Origin: a virus
Direction: 5' to 3' (one strand)
Virus record (IMG/VR): IMGVR_UViG_3300025127_000009
Span: 128,598 to 192,597 of that record
Length of the DNA stretch: 64,000 nt
Part shown: piece by piece, positions 8,086-15,577 of the stretch
Layout: each line of letters opens with the position of its first letter
Position numbering within the stretch: the first letter of the stretch is position 1
Notes under the pieces: model-generated
Seen by the model: the letters and a program-made list of their open reading frames with translations, nothing else
Told to the model about the DNA's origin: nothing
The model's database searches: none
Program-made: the position numbers and the translations under genes

Positions 8086-9681
8086 TCAGTTTTCTTTATT
8101 ATCTTGAATAATCGCAAAATTAGTTGTTAATAAAGTTCCAGCCGCAGAAACTGCATTTCTTAGCGCATTAACTGTGACCTTGCAAGGATCTATTATTCCC
8201 TCCTCAAACATGTCAACCACTTCACCAGTCAAAAAATTAAAACCGACACTATTATTATTTTGTTCTAAAAGAATTTCATTAATCTCAGAAAAATTTAGGC
8301 CGGTATTTTCGATCATAGTTGAAATTGGAGATCGCAATACTTTTAAAAATATATCAACAGCAAAAGACTGTTCATTGGATAATTCCAACTCCTCTACATC
8401 TGTTTCTAAAGATTGTGCTATTCTATAAAGCGTCATGCCACCGCCAGGAACAATACCCTCCTGTTGTGCTGATCTAACCGCCTCTAGAGCATCTTCTATC
8501 CTGTGTTTCTTTTCAATCATTTCAATTTCAGTTGCAGCGCCCACTCTAACAATGGCGACACCGCTAGACAGTCTAGTCACTCTTTCTTGAATTTGCTCTG
8601 CATCTACTAAACTTTCAGAATCTTTAACTTGCTGTCGAAGGTCGTCAATTCTATCAGATAGTTCTGATGTGTCTGCTGCGCCACCCACAATAATAGTATT
8701 GTATTTCGAAATCTCCACGGTCTTGCATGTACCAAGATCGTTAATTGTTGCCGTCCGTAAATCATCACCAAGCATAGTTTTAAAGTATCTAGACCCAGTT
8801 GCAATTGCCATGTCCTGCATTATCGCCCTGCGCTCCTCTCCGTATCTTGGAGATTTAACGGCAGCAACCTTCATTGAGCCACGCGCTGTGTTCATAATAA
8901 GAGCACTTAAAGCCTGACCTGCAATATCATCTGCAACTATAACAAGTGGTTTGTTCTCTCTGGCTGCAATTTCTAACACAGGTAAAATTTCTTGAACATT
9001 CTCAATCTGCGAGTCGCACAAGAATAAAAGTGGATTTTCATATCTACAAACATTTCTTCTTTGATCTGTAACAAAATAATTTGAAACAAAACCAGAGTTA
9101 AATCTAAAGCCCTCAACAAGATCAAGAGTGGTCTCTGTAGAACGGCCATCTTCAATAGTAACAGACCCTGACTTACCAACCTTATCAACCGCAGTGGATA
9201 TAAGATCACCAATAACTGGATCGTTGTTCGCTGATATCTTTGCGACGAAGGCGATATCTTCAACGCTAGAAATAGGACGAGAAACCTCTCTTATTTTATC
9301 GCATACAAGCCCACAAACCTTGTCTAAGCCACGTTTTACCTCAATAGGAGATATACCCTTACTCAGCAATTCAAGAGAGTTAGAGAACAATTCTCGCGCT
9401 AAAATGGTAGAAGTTGTAGTACCATCACCAGCATCTGAATTAGTTCTCTCTGACGCTTGCTTAACAATTTCAACTGCCACGTTTTGAAAAGGATTTTCTA
9501 ATTCTACAAACCTAGCAACTGTAACACCATCTTTTGTTATGATGGGAGACTTACCTTTTTCTTTTATTATTACATTTCGGCCACGGGGACCGTATGTAGA
9601 TGCTACATTGTCGGCTAGTGTGTTTACACCCTCCAACATTAATTCATGCAAACTCTTTCCATTAGAATAACTCTTGGACAT
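8086..9681 (-). CDS. groEL: Group I chaperonin GroEL (divergent, no GGM tail)
   Basis: 'TYGPRGRNV', 'ITKDGVTVA', 'AGDGTTTST' ATP-binding motif, 'GIVPGGG', 'GIIDP.KV'. Confidence 0.96.
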   Translation of the reverse strand: MSKSYSNGKSLHELMLEGVNTLADNVASTYGPRGRNVIIKEKGKSPIITKDGVTVARFVELENPFQNVAVEIVKQASERTNSDAGDGTTTSTILARELFSNSLELLSKGISPIEVKRGLDKVCGLVCDKIREVSRPISSVEDIAFVAKISANNDPVIGDLISTAVDKVGKSGSVTIEDGRSTETTLDLVEGFRFNSGFVSNYFVTDQRRNVCRYENPLLFLCDSQIENVQEILPVLEIAARENKPLVIVADDIAGQALSALIMNTARGSMKVAAVKSPRYGEERRAIMQDMAIATGSRYFKTMLGDDLRTATINDLGTCKTVEISKYNTIIVGGAADTSELSDRIDDLRQQVKDSESLVDAEQIQERVTRLSSGVAIVRVGAATEIEMIEKKHRIEDALEAVRSAQQEGIVPGGGMTLYRIAQSLETDVEELELSNEQSFAVDIFLKVLRSPISTMIENTGLNFSEINEILLEQNNNSVGFNFLTGEVVDMFEEGIIDPCKVTVNALRNAVSAAGTLLTTNFAIIQDNKEN

Positions 9682-9705
9682 TATACCTCACTTTGTTATA
9701 TTAAT

Positions 9706-9733
9706 ATTATACACACTATATCATGTGTGTCAA
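9706..9733 (-). promoter_or_regulatory. Sigma70-like promoter TTGACA-N16-TATAAT for groEL, with an overlapping inverted repeat
   Basis: -35 at 9733..9728, -10 at 9711..9706. ACACAC-N8-GTGTGT palindrome at 9711..9730. Confidence 0.7.
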
Positions 9734-10113
9734 GGATTATTTTTATTTTTATAATCTTCTATCGCTGCTCTTATCGCATCTTCGGCCAGCACCGAGCAAT
9801 GAATTTTCACTGGTGGCAAACAGAGGTGTTCTGCTATATCTTTGTTCTTTATTTTTATTGCTTCGTCTAGTGTCCTACCCTTTACCCACTCTGTAACAAG
9901 TGAAGATGAAGCAATTGCGGATCCGCAACCATAAGTTTTAAACTTAGCGTCTTCTATTAGGCCGTCATCATTGACCTTAATTTGCAGCCTCATGACATCT
10001 CCACAAGCAGGAGCGCCGACTAAACCAGTGCCGACGCTTTCATCTTTCACATCTAAAGAACCAACATTTCTGGGATTCTCGTAGTGTTCCAAAACTTGCT
10101 TTGAATATGGCAT
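9730..10113 (-). CDS. iscU: Fe-S cluster scaffold protein IscU
   Basis: All ligands are present: 'GAPACGDVM', 'FKTYGCGSAIASSS', 'LPPVKIHCS'. Confidence 0.96.
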   Translation of the reverse strand: MPYSKQVLEHYENPRNVGSLDVKDESVGTGLVGAPACGDVMRLQIKVNDDGLIEDAKFKTYGCGSAIASSSLVTEWVKGRTLDEAIKIKNKDIAEHLCLPPVKIHCSVLAEDAIRAAIEDYKNKNNP

Positions 10114-10120
10114 ATTATAA

Positions 10121-11107
10121 CTAATTAGTTGTTTCTATATCTTGGGCGCTTGCTCTAACCTTTTCGGCTTTCTTTTTCGCAGCGCCAGCAGACTGCTTAG
10201 TTTCTTTATCATCTGTGGCTGAATACAATAGGTCGTCTACTTGGTTGACAAGATCTTGCATCTCTCTTAGAAGACCTTGAAACTTTTTGTCTAAGGCTTC
10301 AAATACTTTTTCTGTAACCTCTAAACATCCTCTTAAATCTAGAGGAGAATTGGATAACTCCTGAAATTGAAACTTGTCTGCATACTCTGGTGAACGTAAT
10401 TTTTTTATACTGAAATTCATTTGGCCTTTCTTGGTCACTGGTACAGAATCAAAGTTAGCACGGTCAACCACAAACAAGAAGAAACGAACAACACCTTGTT
10501 CTTTGCCTTTACCCTTGGTACCAACTAAATAACTTACACTGCCATCTTTGTCCACTGTTGTTTGCATTTCAATCATGGAGCCTTTGATAACACCACCTGG
10601 CTTAATAAATTTAGCAGAGATACTAACCCTATCTCCAGGAAAATGAACATCTGTTATTCCAGGCTCTCCTTGTGCTGGAATCACCCTACCCCCAAAGACG
10701 TGTGCTAAAAAGTGCTCAAAGTCGTATCCCTTGCTCTGCTCATTGGGAGAAGTCAACAAGTGGTAGAAAGTTCTCAAAACGTCAACTCGCGATATCGCCT
10801 CCGAATGGTTTGACGCATCTATTGGCTGTGAAACAAAATTATTCATCGCACCAAGAAACTCGTCAATGTCTGCTATTCCTGTTACTCCAAGGTTGTTGAT
10901 TGCTTTTTTGAGTTTATTATATTGTGCATTTGATGTTGCCGCAGCCTCATCATTCATCCAATTCCGATCAATTGTAATTGGAGTGTACCTTAATACTATG
11001 TCTTCACTTTGTTCTTCAATGTTTTGTTCAGCAACCATTGGCAAACTAACAACTTTGGCCAGTTCTTGCAGTAGTTGATCTCTATAGTGGTTAAGTATAT
11101 CAGACAT
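10121..11107 (-). CDS. Hypothetical protein with a PD-(D/E)xK-like nuclease core
   Basis: 'GYDFEHFLA...GITDV...SISAK' fits the helix-E / beta-D / S-x-K arrangement. Confidence 0.4.
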   Translation of the reverse strand: MSDILNHYRDQLLQELAKVVSLPMVAEQNIEEQSEDIVLRYTPITIDRNWMNDEAAATSNAQYNKLKKAINNLGVTGIADIDEFLGAMNNFVSQPIDASNHSEAISRVDVLRTFYHLLTSPNEQSKGYDFEHFLAHVFGGRVIPAQGEPGITDVHFPGDRVSISAKFIKPGGVIKGSMIEMQTTVDKDGSVSYLVGTKGKGKEQGVVRFFLFVVDRANFDSVPVTKKGQMNFSIKKLRSPEYADKFQFQELSNSPLDLRGCLEVTEKVFEALDKKFQGLLREMQDLVNQVDDLLYSATDDKETKQSAGAAKKKAEKVRASAQDIETTN

Positions 11108-11109
11108 AA

Positions 11110-11775
11110 CTAAAAAATCTCGTCAGCGATCCCGTGTTCAATCGCTTCCTCTGCAGATAAATAGACATCAACATTAGGAATAAGTAGTTTTTTTACTTTG
11201 GCCTTAGTCAACTTGGTATGGCTACACAAGTAGTCAAAGAACATTTCCTGAAGAGCCTTGGTCTCTTTCATCTCGTTCTCCAAGTTAGCAAATGACCCGT
11301 GCTGTCCTGCATTAACACTGTGAAGCATTACCCTGCAGTTTCTGCCTATCTTTCTTTTACCCTTCGTACCTGATGCCAAGAGTAAGACACCTGCCGACAT
11401 CACCTTACCGAGACCAATTGTCTCAATGGCACAACGGTTTTTGATATCATCCATCACATCAAGAATAGAGAACATATCATTCACTATGCCGCCGTGAGTG
11501 GAAACATACATTTTAATTGGCTTGTTGATTTCCATTGTCTCACCGCTTTTGGTTTCAACAATTTCTTTACTTGTATGATCGAAGTACAACAAAGCCTGCA
11601 AAACTTCAGTTGCCATCGCTTCGTTGATATCGCCATAAAGTGTGATACTCCTAAGTGAATCACGACCGTCACCCTTATCGCCAGAGTCAATATTATTAAT
11701 TATGTAAATTGGTTGTTGTTCTTCTATTGTAGCAGCGTCTGGTAACTGCATATTATCTGATAACTTTATCTGCAT
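11110..11775 (-). CDS. clpP: ClpP-family serine protease proteolytic subunit
   Basis: 'STHGG', catalytic Ser in 'VMSAG', His in 'MLHS', Asp in 'DVYLSAEEA'. Confidence 0.9.
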   Translation of the reverse strand: MQIKLSDNMQLPDAATIEEQQPIYIINNIDSGDKGDGRDSLRSITLYGDINEAMATEVLQALLYFDHTSKEIVETKSGETMEINKPIKMYVSTHGGIVNDMFSILDVMDDIKNRCAIETIGLGKVMSAGVLLLASGTKGKRKIGRNCRVMLHSVNAGQHGSFANLENEMKETKALQEMFFDYLCSHTKLTKAKVKKLLIPNVDVYLSAEEAIEHGIADEIF

Positions 11776-12052
11776 TATAAACCTTTTCTTTGTTTCGCTT
11801 TGATTTCTCTACAATTCTATATGGAAATTGTTTAAGAAACTTTTTCCATAGGTAATCACTTTTAAATTCTTTTGTAAAAAGCAATATTGCGTCTTTACTA
11901 ACATGACTATAGCCTTCGCCAGATTGACGCCAATCACTTAATTGTTTTAAAACAGTTTTGATTGTTCTGCCATCTTTATAAGAAACTTGAATCATACACT
12001 TGATTTTATCATCGTTTAAAACATTTTGCTTCCAACCAACAATATCCATCAT
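11753..12052 (-). CDS. Hypothetical protein
   Basis: 99-aa ORF, operon-packed. Confidence 0.55.
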   Translation of the reverse strand: MMDIVGWKQNVLNDDKIKCMIQVSYKDGRTIKTVLKQLSDWRQSGEGYSHVSKDAILLFTKEFKSDYLWKKFLKQFPYRIVEKSKRNKEKVYNADKVIR

Positions 12053-12408
12053 CTCTTTCTCCCTTTCTTTTTAACAAGAGGTGAATCTTCAAAAAACACT
12101 CTATACTTTTCTGGAAGACACTCCAGCATAATTTTGAATGAAACAACTTCCCAGTTGTCTATTACATTATTATCTAGTTCTTTAATTTTGTCAAGTTGTT
12201 TTTTATCTATATCTGTTGAATCTAATGCTTGGTGCTTTAAATTATAGCCACCTCTGATTTCTTTTTTAAGTTGGGTTATTAAGTAAGTGAAAGTTGCAAC
12301 TAATCTTACGATAATGTTGCGTTGCTCGTTGAAGTGAAGTGTGCTTTTAACTGCGAGGGCTGCAACAGCCCCCGCAGAAAACCACAAAAAGGAGAGTATC
12401 ATTTCCAT
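12049..12408 (-). CDS. Hypothetical protein with an N-terminal TM/signal segment
   Basis: 119 aa with a hydrophobic N-terminus. A weak TTGATT-N17-TACATT promoter lies upstream (12443..12415). Confidence 0.55.
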   Translation of the reverse strand: MEMILSFLWFSAGAVAALAVKSTLHFNEQRNIIVRLVATFTYLITQLKKEIRGGYNLKHQALDSTDIDKKQLDKIKELDNNVIDNWEVVSFKIMLECLPEKYRVFFEDSPLVKKKGRKR

Positions 12409-12449
12409 TTTTCAAATGTAGCACACTTTATAATATTAATCAAAACTAA

Positions 12450-13151
12450 TTAATCTTTTTTGTCTTTGTTAACTTTTCTCTTAAGTGCTTCCTGAATTTT
12501 CTTTGCAACACGACTTGCAATTCTTTCTGCAACTTCTTCTAATTCTTCTTGATCGACCTCTTCTAGGGGTTCTTCGCTGTCAATCTCATCCAAAGACTCC
12601 TCGTCTAAAGGCTCTTCTTCATCAAGATCCTCATCACCCATGTCCATATCGTCTTCATCGCCGCCGTCAAGAGCAGCAAGAATTTGGTCTAGGACATCTC
12701 TAGCGGTCCTCAATGAGGCGGCATCAGACTCGGGAACATCAACTTCGATGTCGTCACCGTCGTCCATGTCATCTTCCATGTCCATGTCGTCGTCGCCCAT
12801 GTCCATGTCGTCACCCATTTCATCTTCAGCAGCGCCGCGCATGTCGCCTTCGTCAACCTCGTCCTCGTCTTCGGCTGCGCCACGCATCATTCCCTCATCA
12901 ACTTCGTCTTCGTCTTCGGCTGCGCCTCTCATAGCGCCTTCCTCAACTTCGTCTTCCTTCTCGCCACGCATTGCGCCTTCGTCAACTTCTTTTTCATCGT
13001 CTTCTGCAGCGCCGCGCATACCCTCTTCGATCTCCTCGTCTTCTTCAAAGACGTAAGACTTCTCATTAATAGGCCTTAAGCCTGCGAGTTTCCAAAACCT
13101 ACGGGTTGTGGTCTCGTTCAAAATTGCTTTCTTGGTTTTCTTATCAGACAT
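12450..13151 (-). CDS. Very acidic repeat protein, scaffold/prohead core-like
   Basis: 233 aa, D/E-rich, five (D/E)EG(x)MRG(A/E)(A/K)ED repeats, N-terminal 'RRFWKLAGL'. Confidence 0.65.
   Translation of the reverse strand: MSDKKTKKAILNETTTRRFWKLAGLRPINEKSYVFEEDEEIEEGMRGAAEDDEKEVDEGAMRGEKEDEVEEGAMRGAAEDEDEVDEGMMRGAAEDEDEVDEGDMRGAAEDEMGDDMDMGDDDMDMEDDMDDGDDIEVDVPESDAASLRTARDVLDQILAALDGGDEDDMDMGDEDLDEEEPLDEESLDEIDSEEPLEEVDQEELEEVAERIASRVAKKIQEALKRKVNKDKKD
12815..13035 (-). repeat. Five imperfect tandem coding repeats (about 39-45 bp)
   Basis: Repeated 'GA(A/C)GAAGG..ATGCG(C/T)GG(C)GC.GC.GAAGA' units encoding EEG.MRGAAED. Boundaries are approximate. Confidence 0.75.
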
Positions 13152-13233
13152 GTCACTCTCCTTTTATTAAAAGAAATAATTTTGTGCTAACACTAATATA
13201 AATAGACTAAATAAAAACAAAAAGAATATTAAA

Positions 13234-13497
13234 TTATAGTTCATTATAGAACAGATTTTTAAGTTCCTTCTTAAAATTAAGTCTTTTCAGTGCTCGAATT
13301 TCTATTTGTCGAACTTTTAAATAATTTATCTTTAATCTTTCTGCCACCTCATGTAGGGTTAACCCCTTTTCCTTATCATCTATCGATATTAAGCAGCAGT
13401 TTTTTTCTTCTGGGTAATCAATCCACATTTTACAATCAGCAACTGGACACCCAACGCCCAGTTCTTTACATCGTTTAGAACATTCTGGTAGACTCAT
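13234..13497 (-). CDS. Cys-rich N-terminus plus stand-alone sigma-70 region 4 HTH
   Basis: 'GLTLHEVAERLKINYLKVRQIEIRALKRL' is a sigma region 4.2 pattern. Six Cys occur in the first 35 aa. Confidence 0.75.
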   Translation of the reverse strand: MSLPECSKRCKELGVGCPVADCKMWIDYPEEKNCCLISIDDKEKGLTLHEVAERLKINYLKVRQIEIRALKRLNFKKELKNLFYNEL

Positions 13498-13826
13498 TAT
13501 GTATCATCTTCTCCTCTTTCAATTAAATCATAAACAAAATCTAAATCCTCTTCTGTCAATCCCAAGTCTTGCAAAGTTTGATTCCCTTTTTCTATAAGAG
13601 ATTTTTGCTTTTTCAATTTGACTTTACCAATAAGTTTTTTCTTTTCTTTAACTGAAGATATATAAGAAACTATATTTGGATCATTTTCTATATATCCTGT
13701 CACAATAGATTTAAAAAACTCAACTTGAGATAGACCGTCTCGCCTCAACTTCAAACGTAGATCTGCATGACGCTTGTCAGTATCAGCGAACATTATCTTT
13801 TTTTCTTCTTTGCCGTACCTATACAT
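13497..13826 (-). CDS. Hypothetical protein (possible DNA-binding)
   Basis: 109-aa basic ORF coupled to its neighbours. Confidence 0.55.
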   Translation of the reverse strand: MYRYGKEEKKIMFADTDKRHADLRLKLRRDGLSQVEFFKSIVTGYIENDPNIVSYISSVKEKKKLIGKVKLKKQKSLIEKGNQTLQDLGLTEEDLDFVYDLIERGEDDT

Positions 13827-14856
13827 TTTTATTTAGAATATGCGTTCCACTTTCTACACGGCCTGCGGCAGTTTGAGTTATAAATTCACAACGCGACTGC
13901 AACTGTGTTATATTCCTAACACCAGTATATGATAATCCAGATCTTATATTCATCGCTAAGTTGCTTAATATTTTTTCAACTGAACCTTTAAAGGGTATTG
14001 TGGTAGAGACTCCTTCTAATGAGCGAGCATTTCCTCTCCATGCCACCTGCGCCTCTACACTTGCCATGCCTCGATAGACCTTGTATCTTTTTCCATTCGA
14101 TGCCGCGAACACAGAGCCAGGACTTTCCTCTGTTCCTGCCAGCATTGAACCAAGCATAACAAAATCTGCACCGGCTGCCAAAGCCTTTACAATATCCCCC
14201 GCCGTCTTGATGCCGCCATCTGCGATTATCGCTGCACCGTCCGTATACTTGCAATCATACACAGATTGAAAAGTCGGGACTCCATGACCGGTTTGAATTC
14301 TTGTTGAACATATAGATCCTCCACCGATACCAACCCTAACTGCGTCGGCCCCCCACTCTGATAGATCTAAATAGGCCTCTTTTGTCGCAACATTACCCGC
14401 GATAATAGCAATATTCGAATCCCACTGGTTTCTTATCTTCTTAATAGCATTTTTAACTAGTTTGTGATGACCGTGGGCCACGTCAATGCAAAGTATGCGA
14501 GCGCCAACATTGTACAATTCCTGGGCTCGTTCAAAAAAGTCTCCAGATGTTCCAATTGCTGCAGAAATAGAATTAACTTGTTGACTCTGCTCTTCTTCTA
14601 ACGTGTTCCTTATGTCGCCAACCATTGCTGTTTGTTCTTGAATAGTACTATATCTATGTACAATACCAAGACCCCCCGCTTTAAACATCTTCAATGCCAT
14701 ATCGGTCTCAGTTACAGTATCCATAGGGCTAGATATTATTGGCAGATTAAAACTTACATCGGTAATTTTTCTTTCCAAACTTACTTCACTTCTGGAATTT
14801 ATGTCACTGCTTTGCGGTACTAGCAAAACATCATCAAAACTAAGTGTTTGTTTCAT
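13819..14856 (-). CDS. guaB: IMP dehydrogenase / GMP reductase family, no CBS subdomain
   Basis: 'SFDDVLLVP', 'SSPMDTVTE', 'DVAHGH', catalytic 'GIGGGSICSTR', 'IIADGGI', 'YRGMAS'. IMPDH versus GMPR cannot be resolved by eye. Confidence 0.88.
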   Translation of the reverse strand: MKQTLSFDDVLLVPQSSDINSRSEVSLERKITDVSFNLPIISSPMDTVTETDMALKMFKAGGLGIVHRYSTIQEQTAMVGDIRNTLEEEQSQQVNSISAAIGTSGDFFERAQELYNVGARILCIDVAHGHHKLVKNAIKKIRNQWDSNIAIIAGNVATKEAYLDLSEWGADAVRVGIGGGSICSTRIQTGHGVPTFQSVYDCKYTDGAAIIADGGIKTAGDIVKALAAGADFVMLGSMLAGTEESPGSVFAASNGKRYKVYRGMASVEAQVAWRGNARSLEGVSTTIPFKGSVEKILSNLAMNIRSGLSYTGVRNITQLQSRCEFITQTAAGRVESGTHILNKNV

Positions 14857-15112
14857 TTACGTGCTCCTTTAACTGTTCTAAAAATTCCTTTGCATTATTC
14901 CAACATGTTGGGCAGTATAGATTTACCTTTTCCTGTTTCTTTCTGACCACTACACTCCAAGTGGTAACATGCTCTTTATTATTTTTATCATACGGTTCTC
15001 CACAAGTCAAGCACATATTAGGTATTTTATCAAATAGACCCAATGTTTCTTGCATCTTCTTTTTTGCTTTTTTAAGTTTAGTTCGTCTCAACTTTCTATT
15101 GGCAGAAGACAT
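14840..15112 (-). CDS. Small CxxC...CxxC zinc-binding hypothetical protein
   Basis: 'CLTC' and 'CPTC' motifs, basic N-terminus. Confidence 0.6.
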   Translation of the reverse strand: MSSANRKLRRTKLKKAKKKMQETLGLFDKIPNMCLTCGEPYDKNNKEHVTTWSVVVRKKQEKVNLYCPTCWNNAKEFLEQLKEHVNETNT

Positions 15113-15561
15113 TAGTATAATCCTGTAGAGCCAAAACCACCAGCACCTCTTTCAGTTTCAGTGCCATAAATATCATCTTCATTGATTTGTTCAATCTCTG
15201 GAGTGACGATTGGAACTAGCACAGCCTGCGCTATTTTTTGTCCCGGTTTCAATACTTGTACATCTGTACCGATGTTGTGAAGGTTAACAAACACCTCGCC
15301 GTTATATCCATTGTCAACCACGCAAGCACCAACAACCAATTGCTTCTTGTATGCTACGCCTGACTTGTTTTTAATTTCAAGCATGTGATTAGGTGGCACA
15401 GAAATTTTTAGCCCAGTAGGAAACAATTCAGTTTTACCTGAATAAATATTTTTTGGTTGGTTGTTTTCCGGACAGAAAAACAAATCCATTCCCGCATCTG
15501 TTGAGTGCGCACGCACTGGTAACTTAGCATTTTCTCTAACTTTATAAACCTTAAGTCTCAT
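15112..15561 (-). CDS. dut: Trimeric dUTPase
   Basis: 'AGMDL', 'NKSG', 'VVDNGYNGEV', 'RGAGGFGSTG'. Confidence 0.96.
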   Translation of the reverse strand: MRLKVYKVRENAKLPVRAHSTDAGMDLFFCPENNQPKNIYSGKTELFPTGLKISVPPNHMLEIKNKSGVAYKKQLVVGACVVDNGYNGEVFVNLHNIGTDVQVLKPGQKIAQAVLVPIVTPEIEQINEDDIYGTETERGAGGFGSTGLY

Positions 15562-15577
15562 TTTTTCTCCTTTCTAC

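Noticed and set aside
12640-13056. Ser-rich + strand ORF and Arg/Cys-rich ORF 12713..12934
   Set aside because: These are mirror translations of the GAA/GAC/ATG repeats of the acidic protein.
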